63,363 nt of DNA, taken from the NCBI RefSeq assembly GCF_000485595.1, contig NW_014577073.1, positions 388,427 to 451,789 of the forward strand, written 5' to 3'. Shown piece by piece: positions 61,850 to 63,363 of this stretch. A model generated the notes under the pieces. It did not search any database. It worked only from the letters and a program-made list of their open reading frames with translations, and had not been told where the DNA came from. The position numbers and the translations under genes were made by a program. The first letter of the stretch is position 1, and every line of letters starts with the position of its first letter. This DNA is from Priapulus caudatus. Taxonomy: Eukaryota.

Positions 61850-63328
61850 ATGAGCCCCACTAATGGCACTAATGATCTTAGGCGATAATTTTTTATTTTG
61901 TTGGTTTACAGATCCGCCGACCCGAATTTTCAAGAAAAACGAAAAAAAATAAAATTGAAAATCTGTATTTTTTTTATTCCTGCCGACCTTTACTCTAAAA
62001 AAAATGGAAAAAAAATTCCAATGTCAAAACAAAAACATTTCATAAACAATTAAACAGTTTATAATAAAAGTAAAAATAATTACAAGTTGAGATTTGTTTT
62101 CATTTAGTTTTCTTAAAATACTTTAATATCATGTATAACAGTATCAAGTATTTTGACTTGTTTGATCTGACAAAACATTTTTTTTTTTTTTTTACGGACG
62201 CACGCTCATGCGATTCTACAAGCTGCATCTGACTATGTCAGATGAGCTAAAAACATAGATACAAATAATGAGAACAAAACTTGACAAAAATAGAAAATAC
62301 AGTACTTAGCATATAGGAGTAGGCGAAATGGGAATATTGCCGATTCTAAGAGTAGACGAAATGGGAGTAGTCCCAATGACATGGGAGTAGGCGAAATGAG
62401 CATAGGCCAACTGGGATGTTACCCACTAATGCTGAGAGGGTCTATGTCCCCCAGGATACTGCTGGAACGTACCCTGGGTACGGTCCGGTATACCAAAACG
62501 TACCCTGTTACTATCTAATATGCCGGACCGTACCTCGCCTACTCCACTAACGAGTCTAGGGAGTCGCCTACGCCTACTCACTAACCCTAACCAGGGGTCA
62601 AAATTTGATTTTTATTATGGTATCCATTCGGGATACCAGGTATTGAAAACTGGTATCCCCCTCAAAGATCTGGTATCCCATTTTTTGGATAGTAATTTCA
62701 ACAATGTTGGTATCCAAAATCTTTAAATATGCAATAATAGCATTTGAAAATTATTAATATGTAATGTAATTATTAATATAAAAACATGAAAACAGATTCA
62801 CAGATATGCACAGACAAGTACACTGCAGACGTATTGTCTAGACGCATTGTCTGGTTCACTTGATACAATGTATACACATCACATTTATGATCAGATCGCG
62901 CGCACTCATTCTACGTGCACTCGCTCAGATGTGCTGCCGTATAAAGTTGATAACTCAACAACCACTATCCCGATTTTGATGATTTTTTTTTACTATCCTG
63001 GCGAGATACCAAGCATTGAAATCTGGTATCCAACACAAGAATCAACTATCCCGCGGATATCGGGATACCGCTAATTTCGACCCCTGCCCTAACCCTAACC
63101 ATATCAAATAGTTACCAGGGTACGTTCCGGCAGTACCCTGGGGGACATAGACCCTATGAGCCCCACTAATAGCACTAATGATCTTACCAGCAAAGCTATT
63201 CTGCACATCCAAAAATAATTCAGTATAGAATAGGGGTGTAGAAAGAGTTATCTGGTACGTACCCGATCGCACTTTTGCTTTCACACATTATTAACTCAAC
63301 TGTTAGGCCTACTGTTAGTGTTGCTGAA

Positions 63329-63363
63329 GGGGTCGTTGTTGTATCAGGTACTACAGATATGTA
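63329..63363. mobile_element. Start of a MITE of the 3586-3828 family (cut by window end)
   Basis: GGGGTCGTTGTTGTATCAGGTACTACAGATATGTA matches the 3586 TIR. Confidence 0.75.

Noticed and set aside
63188..63298. Candidate minus-strand exon (GTAAG donor at 63187) as DPH5 exon 1 of copy B
   Set aside because: Translation (ITLSTPLFYTELFLDVQNSFA) has no similarity to the DPH5 N-terminus; the other frames have stops

Overview
Repeat-rich invertebrate animal genomic DNA, with about half of the window apparently present twice because of long-read gap filling (three 25-N gaps, indel-riddled duplicates). The main feature is a ~10.4-kb env-bearing Ty3/gypsy (errantivirus-like) provirus, element A (9949-20313, 4-bp TSD TTCG). 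It carries gag, pol and an F-type env whose ATG appears to be created by splicing. It also carries an intact fourth ORF (19084-19824) between env and the 3' LTR. A homologue of that ORF (shared DDxxDWxEExxxAL, PxKRYC, LCTxCxxCPCRRRxHxTP motifs and an acidic tail) sits in the same pre-PPT position in a second LTR family with different LTRs (element B, 20563-22965, cleaner copy 48002-49816). This points to a conserved accessory-gene family of these retroelements that I cannot assign to any known family. Element A also has a 1.07-kb inverted duplication of pol (potential hairpin/antisense silencing trigger) and a 3' LTR lacking U3 and PPT. The host gene is DPH5 on the minus strand, apparently in two head-to-tail copies. 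The rest is an AcademX remnant, RTE LINE and BEL/Pao fragments, MITEs, tiny palindromic insertions and microsatellites.
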